DNA from: a virus
Lineage: Duplodnaviria; Caudoviricetes
Virus record (IMG/VR): IMGVR_UViG_3300029288_000111
Location: 1 to 64,000 of that record
DNA: 64,000 nucleotides
Direction: 5' to 3' (one strand)
In this document: one piece after another, positions 29,303 to 39,185 of the stretch
How the letters are laid out: each line of letters opens with the position of its first letter
How positions within the stretch are numbered: position 1 is the first letter of the stretch
Translations under genes and position numbers: made by a program
The notes under the pieces: generated by a model
What the model was told of the DNA's origin: nothing
Databases searched by the model: none
What the model saw: only the letters and a program-made list of their open reading frames with translations

Positions 29303-29558
29303 GAAAACTGAGCGCCCGTCCGCCCTTCAGGCTCCTTCCCGGAGTCAAGACTCCGGCTGCGGCAGAGGCACACCCGGCCGCCGCTCTCGTCGCAGACCAT
29401 GCCGGTTCCGGCGCAGAACGCGCACGAAGTCGGGTGATACACGCGGTCGCCCTCGGCGGGCACCGCCTCGACGGGCCGCACCACACCGCGCGTCTCCCCC
29501 GGGTGATACAGCACATCGCTCACGTACTCCCGCGGCTCGAACTTCTTGATAGGCATCT

Positions 29559-30467
29559 TCACCACTCCTTCCGAAGGTCCGGCCCCGAGAAGGCGATCCA
29601 ACTCTCCTGCCGGGCCGTCATCCCGTAGACGCGACTGTAGAGGTCGCGCCCATACCGCACTTCGTACTCGTCTCCGCTCAGGTTGGTCGTGATCAGCACC
29701 GGCCGGTCGTCGGTGCGCGTATCCAGCACATCGAACAGGTTCTGGCGCAGGAACTCCCCTACCGGCGTCACCCTGCTGCCGGTGAAATCACCAGCCATGC
29801 CCATGTTGTCGACTGCCAGGCAGTCGATCTCGCAGAGGTGATCGATGAACTCCGACAGTCCATCCTCTCCCGAGAGGCGTATCCTTCGGAAGAGCTCTCG
29901 GATCAGCCTAGTCTCCGGCCAGAACTCCGCCTGAATTCCGTCCCGGCACAACGAGACGGTGAACGCCTGCACCAGTGCGGACTTGCCGATGCCGTTCGCC
30001 CCGGGATTGCCCGGCTCCACCCCTCGCTGTCCCTGGAGCACCAGCCACCAGTCGCGCCGACCGGAGAGGAACTCAGCCAGAAGGCCGGACACCATCTTCG
30101 CCGCTTCTACCTGGTGAGGCCGCGGCGTGAACTCCTCCATGCCCCGTCCGCGCTCCCGATTGGCCACCCCGCAACGCTCAAGCAGGCTCTCCACATGCTG
30201 CCGCTTCTCCCGCTCGCGTTCGCGTTTCCGATCCTCCTTCCGGCACCGCTCCGCTTCTGCCCTCTCCCGCGCCAGTCGCGCTCTCGCCCCCGGTGGAATC
30301 GCCTCCCGCCGCTCCTGTAGGCGCGACAGCAACACCTGTAGCCCATCTTGCCCGGCGTCGCTCAGCCTGGGCATCGATCTCCCGTTGCCGTGGCCCTGCA
30401 ACCGGCGCATCTTCTCGACCTGCTGCCCCAACCGCTCGATTCCATCCCGGTCGGTAGCCATTGCCAT
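29559..30467 (-). CDS. DnaC/IstB-like ATPase (helicase loader)
   Basis: GANGIGKS, LAVDN, LITTNLS, YSRV; follows the initiator. Confidence 0.75.
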   Translation of the reverse strand: MAMATDRDGIERLGQQVEKMRRLQGHGNGRSMPRLSDAGQDGLQVLLSRLQERREAIPPGARARLARERAEAERCRKEDRKREREREKRQHVESLLERCGVANRERGRGMEEFTPRPHQVEAAKMVSGLLAEFLSGRRDWWLVLQGQRGVEPGNPGANGIGKSALVQAFTVSLCRDGIQAEFWPETRLIRELFRRIRLSGEDGLSEFIDHLCEIDCLAVDNMGMAGDFTGSRVTPVGEFLRQNLFDVLDTRTDDRPVLITTNLSGDEYEVRYGRDLYSRVYGMTARQESWIAFSGPDLRKEW

Positions 30468-31293
30468 TCCCTCTTTCCTGCTGCAATACGATGCTGTTCC
30501 AGTGCTTCCGCATGGCCGCCCCGCTCTGGATGACCCCACTCCAGAACTCGTGACCCATCGCGAAGCGCACGGTGCGCCGCACCTCGTCCGGCGTCCGCTT
30601 GTCGATCCGCTGCAGCTTGTGCAACTCGTCGGCCCAGCGCCGCAAGCGCACCTCACTCGGTCGGGTGAAGCTGGGAGAGCGCGCCGCCATCGCCTCCACC
30701 ATCTCCCCGGCCAGCGCGAAGCACCACTCCGGCGGCTCCGGCACGCTCGCGGCCTTGCCCTCGGGGTCCTTGCCTTCCTCGCTTTCCGCTCCCGAACCGG
30801 TGTCATCAGTGATACCGGTTGATCCTGCACACGATTCAGTACCTGGATCTACTTCCATTGGATCTACTTTGGGTGTCACTGGTGCGACCGGTTGCTCGTC
30901 ACTGGTGACACCGGTTTCACTGGTGCTACCGGTTCCAACACGTATCACTGGTGCGACCGGTATCACTGGTGACACCGGTTCACCGCGCCGGAGCGCGTTC
31001 ACCGAGTAGACCGGGACGTATCCGTGCTTGATCTCCTTCCAGCCTACAAGATCCAGCCAGCCGGATTCCCGCAGACGGTGCAGAGATCGCTGGATCGTGC
31101 TGTCGCTGACATTCATGCAGGAGGCGAGAGTGCGGATGCTCGGCCAACACTCGCCTTCCGCGTTAGCGTGCGCCAGGAGCACCGAGGCCACCGTCCAATC
31201 AACTGGACTCAGCCCTAGCTTGCCGAGCTGCTTCACCAGCCGCGCGGGCACGATGACCACCGCCTCATTGCTCTGTTTGCCGTTCGGATCCAT
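30178..31293 (-). CDS. Phage replication initiator (N-terminal HTH)
   Basis: CWPSIRTLA...STIQRSLHRLRESGW; C-terminal FWSGVIQS..MRKHW; internal iterons. Confidence 0.8.
   Translation of the reverse strand: MDPNGKQSNEAVVIVPARLVKQLGKLGLSPVDWTVASVLLAHANAEGECWPSIRTLASCMNVSDSTIQRSLHRLRESGWLDLVGWKEIKHGYVPVYSVNALRRGEPVSPVIPVAPVIRVGTGSTSETGVTSDEQPVAPVTPKVDPMEVDPGTESCAGSTGITDDTGSGAESEEGKDPEGKAASVPEPPEWCFALAGEMVEAMAARSPSFTRPSEVRLRRWADELHKLQRIDKRTPDEVRRTVRFAMGHEFWSGVIQSGAAMRKHWNSIVLQQERGNGNGYRPGWNRAVGAAGREDAPVAGPRQREIDAQAERRRARWATGVAVAPTGAAGGDSTGGESATGAGEGRSGAVPEGGSETRTRAGEAAACGEPA
30796..30979. repeat. Iteron cluster (putative origin), 17-bp TCACTGGTGNNACCGGT
   Basis: Direct copies at 30876, 30899, 30917, 30945 and 30963; inverted variant at 30796-30812. 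Confidence 0.8.
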
Positions 31294-31320
31294 CCTGGCT
31301 AATGCTCCCCGAACGTGGGT

Positions 31321-31560
31321 CTATCTGCTGACCAGATGTGCCCCGAGCCACCATCCCGCTGCTGCACCCGCGATGATTACCATCAGACGCGCGCACAGCT
31401 CGGGAATCATCCCCGCGATCCACCCCCCTGCCAGCGACAGGGAGGCCGCGAACAGCACCTCGCTCCCGCTCCACCGACTCCGGCGCCAGCGTCTCATTGC
31501 GTCCGGCACCAACTGCACCTCATTGTGACGGGCGTCACCCACCACCTCACGCCTCTGCAT
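31321..31560 (-). CDS. Small membrane protein
   Basis: Two hydrophobic segments, GGAGG RBS. Confidence 0.5.
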   Translation of the reverse strand: MQRREVVGDARHNEVQLVPDAMRRWRRSRWSGSEVLFAASLSLAGGWIAGMIPELCARLMVIIAGAAAGWWLGAHLVSR

Positions 31561-31587
31561 CGCGGCCTCCCTCTCTCCAACTTAGAG

Positions 31588-31812
31588 TCAAGACTCTGAG
31601 AAGAGCGCCCTGATCGCGATCCGCTTCGCCACCTCCGGGCGCGCCTCTCCGTTGCGAAGCGCGCTGACATCTCTCAGCGCGGCGCGGTAGCGATCCCGCT
31701 CCCGCGTCACCTGGGCGCGGCCCAGCCTCTCGGCCCGCGCCACGTCCACGGCTTGCTCCAGACCCGCCTGGAGCACATCGGCTATGATGCGCTCCGGTGT
31801 CGGATCCATCAT
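31588..31812 (-). CDS. Hypothetical protein
   Basis: GGGAGA RBS; downstream of ECF promoter 31842-31871. Confidence 0.55.
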   Translation of the reverse strand: MMDPTPERIIADVLQAGLEQAVDVARAERLGRAQVTRERDRYRAALRDVSALRNGEARPEVAKRIAIRALFSES

Positions 31813-31841
31813 GTCGGTCTCCCTTCGCGGGGTTCTGTGAT

Positions 31842-31871
31842 TGCTAACGCGCGAGCGCCTGATTCGTTCCC
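31842..31871 (-). promoter_or_regulatory. ECF-type promoter at the 3' end of the sigma gene
   Basis: GGGAAC-N16-CGTTAGCA. Confidence 0.8.
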
Positions 31872-32554
31872 GGATCGTACACTCGCAGCCGGAGGTCTCG
31901 CCGCAGCGTCTTCAGCGCTCGGCTGCAGCGTGATCGCACTGTGAGCCGACTTACATTGAGTGCGCTCGCCACGCTCGCCACGGGCGCGTCCTCGACGAGC
32001 CGCATCCAGACCGTCTCTCGATACGGTTCACGGAGCGATGCCACGGCATCCCGCAGCCGCCGCGACGCCTCGCGATTCTCATAGGCGTGCTCGGGTTCGT
32101 CGGCGGCCGGCGCTGGCATCCACTCGCCGGACAGTTCGTGCAGCGAGACGAACGCCGGCCCAACGGCGCGATTCCGCCACCGGGAGATGCAACGGTTCCG
32201 CAGAATTGTGCACAGGTAGGCACGGAAGTTGCGGCGGGCCGCCTGTTCGTCGGTGTCGCCTTCCTGACGGATGGCGAGGGGATCGAACTGCTGGGAACAT
32301 GCGGAGACCATGGCCAGCGCCACGGCATCCGCACACAGGTCGAGCGCGTCCTCCTCATTGCACACCAGCTTGCGCGCCAGCCCGAGGACCTCCTCGCTGC
32401 ACGCCGCGTACCAGCGTTCCAGCCGCAGGTTGCGCTCGGATTCGGAGACGCCTGCCCAGTATCCGGCGGCGCCATCCGATGGTTGACATCTGCCGCTACC
32501 CAATATATAATCGGGTGCAGGCGAGGATGCCGGAGAGGGTGAGTGCTTTTCCAT
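31844..32554 (-). CDS. ECF-type RNA polymerase sigma factor
   Basis: Region 2 (EDALDL...FRAYLCTILRN) and region 4 (LREPYRE...VASALNVSRLTVRSRCSRA). Confidence 0.85.
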   Translation of the reverse strand: MEKHSPSPASSPAPDYILGSGRCQPSDGAAGYWAGVSESERNLRLERWYAACSEEVLGLARKLVCNEEDALDLCADAVALAMVSACSQQFDPLAIRQEGDTDEQAARRNFRAYLCTILRNRCISRWRNRAVGPAFVSLHELSGEWMPAPAADEPEHAYENREASRRLRDAVASLREPYRETVWMRLVEDAPVASVASALNVSRLTVRSRCSRALKTLRRDLRLRVYDPGTNQALAR

Positions 32555-32607
32555 CCTCGTCTCCCGCGGACCCCCGAGCTGGTTCCTCGGGGGTCCGCAC
32601 GCTCATC

Positions 32608-33546
32608 TCACGAGAAGGCGCCCTGTGCCTCCTCCTGCTCCTGCGTCAGCGCATACTCGCACGCCTCGCACAGAATCGGGGTGCGGTTGGTGGCCCGGCA
32701 CTGCGCCACGTATTCGTCGGCGATCGGCACGCGCCCGCACCGCTCGCAGTAGAACACATCGGCGGTGACATCGTGCGTACGCTGTGCGTCGGCGCTCGCA
32801 TGGGCAAGGGGCGCCGCCGCCTTCGTCTCCTCCCGCCGCTCCCGCTGGCCCTGGCGGGCCGGGTGAGGCGCATCCTCGGTCGGGGGGACGTCCGCATCCT
32901 TCGCGGCGCTCTTTTGGCAGGTCGGACAGAGGTAGCGCCCGAACTGCTTCTCGCTGAAGTTGGCCTGCCCCTGGGTCAGCTTCATGCCACAGCCGGGCGT
33001 GGAGCAGACGAGGGGTTGGCTCGCGTGCCCTGCGGCAGGCCTGCTCCCAGCATCGTCGCCCATCTCCTCGGCGGGAGTCGGCCGGTAGCCCGCCAGGACG
33101 ACGACCCAGGCGAGAACGTTGCGCAGCGCCTTCGAGCACGCGCGAGTCTGCGCCATAGAGCGCAACTGCACGAGCGGCCGTGTGTTCCAGGTCCGCTCAT
33201 CGCTCAGGCACATCGAGTCGGCGGCCGAGACCTCGACACCGGTGGCCGCGTGGATCGCCACGGCCCGCGCCTCGAAGCCGCGCACACCGTCGAACTCCAC
33301 CGGCGCCGTGTGTACCACTTTGGCGGTGATGCCGTAGAAGCGGCCAACGGTCTGCCAGTCCTCGAACTCCAGGTAGGTCTCGTTGTTGAAGCGCACCGGC
33401 TTCGGCTTGGAGTCAATGACGCTCTTCAGGGCCTGGGCGGCCCGCCGCGCGTCATCCAACACCTGGACCGGATCCCGTGCCAGGGACAGGTCTACCGAGG
33501 CCAACTGATAGCCCCGACCCGGATCCTCGCCTTCGTAAGCGTCCAT
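32608..33546 (-). CDS. Putative ssDNA-annealing/recombination protein with C-terminal Zn ribbons
   Basis: Early-operon position; SMAQTRACSKALR...PTPAEEM motif; FGRYLCPTCQ. Confidence 0.5.
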   Translation of the reverse strand: MDAYEGEDPGRGYQLASVDLSLARDPVQVLDDARRAAQALKSVIDSKPKPVRFNNETYLEFEDWQTVGRFYGITAKVVHTAPVEFDGVRGFEARAVAIHAATGVEVSAADSMCLSDERTWNTRPLVQLRSMAQTRACSKALRNVLAWVVVLAGYRPTPAEEMGDDAGSRPAAGHASQPLVCSTPGCGMKLTQGQANFSEKQFGRYLCPTCQKSAAKDADVPPTEDAPHPARQGQRERREETKAAAPLAHASADAQRTHDVTADVFYCERCGRVPIADEYVAQCRATNRTPILCEACEYALTQEQEEAQGAFS

Positions 33547-33570
33547 CTCGTCTTCCCCTTTCCCTATCAC

Positions 33571-33777
33571 TCACTCGGCCGCCAGTTCCAGCGCCTCCAG
33601 ACTCTCGAGCAGCGCCCGCGCGGCCGCCGCCCGGGAGCCGCGCTTACCGTGCGCCTCATCCATGATCGCCGTGTTGATCAGGGGGCGCAGACGGTCGCGG
33701 TAGTACTGCGCCATCCCATCCACCGCGTCGGCGGAGTCCTGCGCCCGGCAGAACTGCTCCTTCATCCGAACAAACAT
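33571..33777 (-). CDS. Hypothetical protein
   Basis: GGAGG RBS. Confidence 0.5.
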   Translation of the reverse strand: MFVRMKEQFCRAQDSADAVDGMAQYYRDRLRPLINTAIMDEAHGKRGSRAAAARALLESLEALELAAE

Positions 33778-33789
33778 CGGCCCCTCCCA

Positions 33790-34020
33790 TCAGGGCGCAC
33801 CGTAGCAGACGTCTCGCTCCTGTCCACCAACGAGGTAGCGCACCCAGAGACGGTTTGCCTCGTCGCGCCAGCTCTCCACCACCTTCCGGCCGCGCGGCGC
33901 CCGCGGAATCGCCCGCGCCACGATCTCGGTGTGCTCCGCACAGAGCACCTGCCCCAGGCGACCACGAGGCACCGCCGGCTTGCCGCATATCTCGCATCGC
34001 CGCTCTTCTCGTGCTACCAT
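33790..34020 (-). CDS. Hypothetical Zn-finger protein; first gene of the leftward early operon
   Basis: CEIC...CAEH; GGGAG RBS. Confidence 0.55.
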   Translation of the reverse strand: MVAREERRCEICGKPAVPRGRLGQVLCAEHTEIVARAIPRAPRGRKVVESWRDEANRLWVRYLVGGQERDVCYGAP

Positions 34021-34088
34021 GCTCCCTCTGTCCGTCTCCTCACCTGCCGGTCGGGTGCTACTTGCTCCAAGAGCAAGCGCGTGGTATC

Positions 34089-34117
34089 ATTATACCGGGA
34101 GTGAGGGGATATGTCAA
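34089..34117 (-). promoter_or_regulatory. Consensus sigma70 promoter of the leftward early operon
   Basis: TTGACA-17-TATAAT. Confidence 0.9.
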
Positions 34118-34203
34118 CATTAAATGTTACGTCTCACACTAACAGACGCTGCGCGTTCCAGAACCGTCCGAAGGGTGTTACAATAGGGGCGGTAGAGAGT
34201 ACC

Positions 34204-34500
34204 ATGCCGCACTCCAGCAAATTGGCATCGCTCATTGCCCTGCGGAAGCAGATCGGAATCAGCGCGAACGACGTAGCCGAAGGCATGGCCTATAATGACA
34301 GCTACGTTCGCCGCATCGAGGCCGACTCCGAGCCGGAGCCACTGGGGTTCGCGCATCGCTACGAACTGGGTCTGCTCCGCGCCCTGATCAAGAAACAGAT
34401 GCCGGCCGAAGAGCACTTTGGCACCAGCAACTTCCGCGCGCTCCTCGACGAGTTGTCGAACCCCAAGAGCGACGAAGCGCCTCCCTCCTGCGACCCCTGA
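34204..34500 (+). CDS. XRE-type HTH regulator (candidate repressor)
   Basis: LIALRKQIGISANDVAEGM...SYVRRIE; divergent from the early promoter. Confidence 0.7.
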   Translation: MPHSSKLASLIALRKQIGISANDVAEGMAYNDSYVRRIEADSEPEPLGFAHRYELGLLRALIKKQMPAEEHFGTSNFRALLDELSNPKSDEAPPSCDP

Positions 34501-34507
34501 AAACTCT

Positions 34508-34538
34508 GGGAACGCTTTTGCCCCTCTCGCGTTAGCAG
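34508..34538 (+). promoter_or_regulatory. ECF-type promoter
   Basis: GGGAAC-N16-CGTTAGCAG. Confidence 0.8.
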
Positions 34539-34771
34539 GTTTAGAGGGGCGAAAGACGGCCATGAAGAGGGAGAATGCTTGTGGCGTCCAATACACAGAT
34601 AGTGTTCCAGGCAACGCACCTGGCTCTGGGCTAGATGTCGCCGCGATCTCCGTCACTCCCCGTCTATCCCTTCTCCAGTAGCTGTCAGGGTGAGCAACCG
34701 CATCCAGGTCCAGCGGTCCTCACCTTGCTCAGCAGTATACATCCATGTGCGACCATTTGGAACAGAATAGT

Positions 34772-34823
34772 AAACACCTGTTTGCTTTTACACGTTGAAA
34801 AGAGAACAGGTGTGTGCTATAAT
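34772..34823 (+). promoter_or_regulatory. Sigma70 promoter with SOS-box-like sites
   Basis: TTGAAA-17-TATAAT (34795-34823); AAAC-N4-GTTT at 34772 and GAAC-N4-GTGT in the spacer. Confidence 0.7.
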
Positions 34824-34857
34824 ACCGGGCGTATTACTAACGGAAGGTCATCTGCCC

Positions 34858-35112
34858 ATGGCTAGAGGAAGAAAACCGGTCGAGGATCTCACCGACAGAA
34901 ACCGAGGCGTGCTGCACGCCATCGTGGAGCTGACGCGGAGGAAGGGATACCCCCCGAGCCTGATGGAGCTGGCACAACATGTCGGGCTGCACAGCGCCTA
35001 TGCCGTCCAGCGCCACGTCGACCGTCTGGAGGGGATGGGATACATCAGCCGGGAGCCGGGTCAGGCCCGCACCATTCATGTGCTGCGCCTGCCAAAAAGG
35101 GGGGAGGCGTAG
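34858..35112 (+). CDS. Stand-alone LexA-type DNA-binding domain protein
   Basis: LTDRN..VL..I...GYPPSLMELA...VQRHVDRLEGMGYISREPGQARTI; no protease domain. Confidence 0.85.
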   Translation: MARGRKPVEDLTDRNRGVLHAIVELTRRKGYPPSLMELAQHVGLHSAYAVQRHVDRLEGMGYISREPGQARTIHVLRLPKRGEA

Positions 35113-35322
35113 GTGGTGAGTAGCGAGCAACTGCTGACGCCGATGGAACTGGCCCGGCGCTGGCAGGTCAGCCGCTCCAAGGTCTACATGATGATCCAGC
35201 GGCGGCAGATCCCGTTCCTGCATATCGGCGGCAGCGTGCGGTTCCACCCGGAAGACATTATCGCCTACGAGCGCCGCCTGCGGGAGGAGCAGGAAGCGCG
35301 CCTGACCCTGACAACGATTTGA
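35113..35322 (+). CDS. xis: Excisionase-like HTH protein
   Basis: LLTPMELA...VSRSKVYMMI...IP..HIGGSVRF. Confidence 0.8.
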   Translation: MVSSEQLLTPMELARRWQVSRSKVYMMIQRRQIPFLHIGGSVRFHPEDIIAYERRLREEQEARLTLTTI

Positions 35323-35557
35323 CAACGATACGGATGGATATTGTTGTCAAATCTGGTAAGCGTTGGACACAACACAAAGGGGGTGAACATGAAGAAGTAA
35401 GATGCTGCGTGGGTTTTGGACGCACGAGGGACCGTTGGACGGGCCAGAATCGAGCGTGGTATCAAATGACTACTTCGGCACCAGGGGCGCCATCTCTGGC
35501 GCCCCTTCTACGTTTCCGGCCCCTGAAATCCTGTTTGACAACGATTCTGACAACGAT
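35309..35557. other. Putative attP site
   Basis: TGACAACGAT arm repeats at 35309, 35320, 35536 and 35548; inverted variant at 35341-35350; tRNA-3'-end-like CTTCGGCACCA (35473-35483) plus hairpin. Confidence 0.75.
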
Positions 35558-36673
35558 TCACTCCAGCAGCAGCTTTCCGAGCCGCTCCACCGCCTCCCGC
35601 TGCAGCCCATCCACCGCGTGCGTATAGGTGTCCATCGTGATGCTGATGCTGCTGTGCCCCAACAGGTCACCCACGACGCGCGGGTGAACGCCGAGCGAGA
35701 GGAGCAGCGTCGCTGCGGAGTGGCGCAAGTTATGGAAGGGGATCTTCGGGCAGGTCGCCCTCTCCAGAAGCCGCGGAAGGATGACGTCGCTCACCCATGC
35801 GGGAGAGAGGTGCCTGCCGGTGCGCGTATGAAACACGAGTCCGGTCTCCTGCCATTCCTCGCCCGCATCATGCCGCGCTCCGGGCAGCCGCTCCGCGTGC
35901 TCCCGGAGCGCGGCCACCACCGGCGCCAGGAGCGAGATCGGCCGGCTCCCCTTCGCCGTCTTCGGCGGCATCTCCACCCAGCCGTGCTCGCCGCGAGAGA
36001 GGGTCCGGCGAATGTAGAGCCACCCCATGTCGAGGTCGAGGTCCTCCCAATGCAGCGCCAGGATCTCGCCGCGCCGCATTCCGGTGGTGATCGCCAGCAG
36101 CCAGAGCGCGTGCAGGTTATCGTCCGTGGCGGCCGCCAGGAGCCGCTTCGCCTCGTCCGGCCCCAAGGTACGCTTCGGGGTCTTCAGGGGGCGCGGCGGG
36201 TCTGCCAGGTCGCAGGGATTGCGGTCGATCAGCCCCCAGCGCACGGCATCGCGAAACGCGCGGTGGAGGACGGAGTGCAGCAGCGTTACCGAGGCCGGGG
36301 CCGCCCCCGCCTTCTGGCGCGCGAGGTAGAGCGAAGCCAGTGTCTGGCCACTCACCCGGTTCAGGCGCGTGTGCCCGAACGCCGGCAGGGCGAACGCAAC
36401 GATCATGTGCTGATACCGCTCGTAGGTGGATGGCCGCACGGTCGGCTGGATCGTCTCCAACCAGTGCGTCAGGTACTGCTCCACGGTCTGCTGGCCGGTA
36501 TGCAGGTCCTGGCCGCGCGCCACCGCTGCCCGCAGGTCATCCAGCTTCCGCTGCGCCTCTTTCCGTGTCGGCGCGTAGCGCCAGCGCCGCTTCCCATCGG
36601 GCAGCGTGAGCACCGCATACCACCGCCCGTCCGCACGCCGACCGATGCTTCCCTCTCCTTTGCCTCGTGCCAT
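35558..36673 (-). CDS. int: Tyrosine integrase
   Basis: GEGSI N-terminus, TGMRRGE, PKT, FHNLRHS, LGHS, TYTH. Confidence 0.95.
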   Translation of the reverse strand: MARGKGEGSIGRRADGRWYAVLTLPDGKRRWRYAPTRKEAQRKLDDLRAAVARGQDLHTGQQTVEQYLTHWLETIQPTVRPSTYERYQHMIVAFALPAFGHTRLNRVSGQTLASLYLARQKAGAAPASVTLLHSVLHRAFRDAVRWGLIDRNPCDLADPPRPLKTPKRTLGPDEAKRLLAAATDDNLHALWLLAITTGMRRGEILALHWEDLDLDMGWLYIRRTLSRGEHGWVEMPPKTAKGSRPISLLAPVVAALREHAERLPGARHDAGEEWQETGLVFHTRTGRHLSPAWVSDVILPRLLERATCPKIPFHNLRHSAATLLLSLGVHPRVVGDLLGHSSISITMDTYTHAVDGLQREAVERLGKLLLE

Positions 36674-36893
36674 AGCCAGGGTATTCGGCAGCCGGGGAGG
36701 GGGAGTCCTGCTGACGTTTTGCGGCAGTGTCCTCTCACCGCGGCAGGCAGTCCACCGAGAAGACGATCCCCTGGCACAACAGCATCAGTCGCTCCGCGAG
36801 CGCCACCTTGCCCTCGGGCAGAAGGAGCCAGCGTCACTCCACCTGCACAAAGCCCTCTTTGAGCAAACCCTGTCGGGCCAGCCGCCGCGATCA

Positions 36894-37754
36894 TCACTTG
36901 GGAAACTCCTTCCACTCCCGCCCATCAATGAGCAGCGGCACGCCCGGGCCAGGACCCGGCGCCTGCTTCCCGAAGAACGGCACCCCCGCCGCCCGGCACT
37001 GCTCCCGGATCTCGCGCGCCCACGCCACCTCGAACGGCCGCCGCTTCGGACCCGACTCCGCGCCGACGATGACCCAATCGAGCGATCTCAACGGTGTGAA
37101 GCCGTCAGACCATCCGGGGTAGGTGGGGCTCACCATGCGCGCCTGGACATCCAGCGGTGGGTAAGGCCGCCCCTTCCCCCATACTGCGCGGTTCAGGTCA
37201 ACGGCTTCCAGCAACGGTTCCATGCTGACGAATTTCACCGCCGCGTTAACCCGGAGCAGGTCCGGGATCCGCTCGTCGGCGCCCTTCTGCGTGCCAGCAG
37301 TCGTACCCACCCACAGATGTGCCGGCAGCTCCTCTCTGACGAGGAGCCGCGCCAGCCGCGCCGGCCTCTTCGTGAGGATCTGCCAGTCTACATCCGTTCT
37401 CAGGGTCAAGACTCCCAGCGCCCGCCGGATGAACTCGTCCGGCACGTTCGGGTGGCACAGGTCCCCCATATCGCACACGAAGCACAGCGGCCGGCTGCCC
37501 GGCCCCCGGCGATACGCCTCCCCACCATCCTTCGGCTCCCAGCGGGAGAGCGCGATCAACTTCTCGACGGAGTAGGTGGTGTGTTCGCCCGCCGCATTGG
37601 AACGCAGTAGGATGGCGCGAGCGTAACAGTGCTCACACTCCGGCGAGCACTCGCAGTCGCCCGCGGCGGTGCCGCGCAGCACGAAGTTCGCGCAGCCGCC
37701 GCTGTAATCGGTCCAGCCGATGGACGAGCGTTTCGGGTTCGCAAGTCGGCTCAT
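36894..37754 (-). CDS. Gp37/Gp68 (DUF5131) family protein
   Basis: SSIGWTD, CEHCYA, FVCDMGDL, QILTKR, SMEPLL, WVIVGAESG, PFFGKQ. Confidence 0.9.
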   Translation of the reverse strand: MSRLANPKRSSIGWTDYSGGCANFVLRGTAAGDCECSPECEHCYARAILLRSNAAGEHTTYSVEKLIALSRWEPKDGGEAYRRGPGSRPLCFVCDMGDLCHPNVPDEFIRRALGVLTLRTDVDWQILTKRPARLARLLVREELPAHLWVGTTAGTQKGADERIPDLLRVNAAVKFVSMEPLLEAVDLNRAVWGKGRPYPPLDVQARMVSPTYPGWSDGFTPLRSLDWVIVGAESGPKRRPFEVAWAREIREQCRAAGVPFFGKQAPGPGPGVPLLIDGREWKEFPK

Positions 37755-38664
37755 GATCCCGTTCCTTCCAGCCACTCCCGCGTCAGCTTCTCCGCCTCCA
37801 GGGTGACTCCGGCCTCCAGGGTGGTGAGCCAGGCGACGGCGTAGGTGACAGACAGTTCGGAATCGTCGTCCTCCCAGTCCTCGGGCAGGTCCACGCCGTG
37901 ATCCAGGTCGGACCGCGCCCCCGGCCGCGTGAACCGGCGATACTCTCGCTCCTGGATGTATTCGAGGCACAGCCTATCCCGATCAACCTCGAAGACGTAG
38001 CGGCCCGACCGCAGCGCCTCCAACACGAACTCCGTGATCCCGAACTCGGAGCACCAGTGAATCACGTGCTCGCGGAACGTCTCCGGGTCATCCTCCGTGC
38101 TACCAACTCCGGTGAAGTCGAGGCCATCCACATACCGCAGATGACGGCAGACGCAATCCTCCTGGTTCAGAAACACCCCCGGTGTGCAGATGTTGCAATA
38201 GGCGAACCCCCCATCCGACTCCGCGGAGACCAGAAACGGGTTGCGCGTGTCCTCAATGGGATACGCCTGCTCCATCCACAAGCGCCGGTGCCTCTTCAGA
38301 TCGAGGGGCTTCCGCAGCAGGCGATGCCCCAGTGCTCGCGCCGCACGCCGGGTGATCGGCTGATAGACGCCATCCACCCACCGTCGCAGGGGCACGCCGG
38401 GAGCGACCCAGATGCGCGCATGGCTACCGTCAAAGAGGGTGGCATCGAGGCTTCCTGAGCCGCTGGAGTGACGATAGAGAGCGCCCCCGTTCACCACCTC
38501 GAAGTTCCACCAATCCATGGACTCGTAGGTCTCGGCGGGGCTATTCCATCTGGGAGTTTCCGTCGCGGTGATCGCCTCGAACGGGATGCCATCGTCCGCG
38601 TAACGGATCATCAGCACCCGGCGCAGACGGCCATCAAACAACTTGTACTCCACACAAGCATTCA
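37751..38664 (-). CDS. Hypothetical protein
   Basis: Long ORF coupled to neighbours; start approximate. Confidence 0.55.
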
Positions 38665-39180
38665 CAGGTGCCCTCCTCTCTTCAGCATCTCCTCCACCTC
38701 CGCCGGCAACTGCCACGTCCACAACCCCTGTGCGCCGCGCGCCGGGATCGGCGGCTCTAGGCGCAGGACCGGGCGCGTGATCCACCCGTAGCGGCCGGGA
38801 GCGTAGTTACCCAGGTCCGCCTCACACTCTCGCCAGAAAGGGCTGCTCCGGATGTGCGTCGTCGGCCAGGCGTCCCGGTACTGCACGATGGTCCGGACCA
38901 CGCCTAGCGGGAGGTTCCATCGCTCCTCGCCGCGTCTCGTGATCTCGTGGCGATACCCGGCCGCCTCCAGATAGGATCGGATCGGCTCGCGGCAACACTC
39001 GCGCAGGCCATCCTCGCTTTTCGAGGCGTGGATGCCCAACAGATCCCCGGGCCGCAGTTGACCGGAAAGCGGCTTCCAACTCCGCGTTTCGATGCACTTC
39101 CACGGCAACTCGTCCGGGCCGAGGATCGACATCAGCGTCGCCCACGGCTCCCAGAGGGTCACACACCAGATCCAGGCCAT
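38662..39180 (-). CDS. ASCH-domain protein
   Basis: TLWEPWATL...KCIETRSW...GIHASK...ARGAQGLW. Confidence 0.8.
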   Translation of the reverse strand: MAWIWCVTLWEPWATLMSILGPDELPWKCIETRSWKPLSGQLRPGDLLGIHASKSEDGLRECCREPIRSYLEAAGYRHEITRRGEERWNLPLGVVRTIVQYRDAWPTTHIRSSPFWRECEADLGNYAPGRYGWITRPVLRLEPPIPARGAQGLWTWQLPAEVEEMLKRGGHL

Positions 39181-39185
39181 GTCAG

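Noticed and set aside
30796-30979. Possible second CRISPR array
   Set aside because: 17-bp units with 1-11 nt gaps inside a replication gene are iterons.
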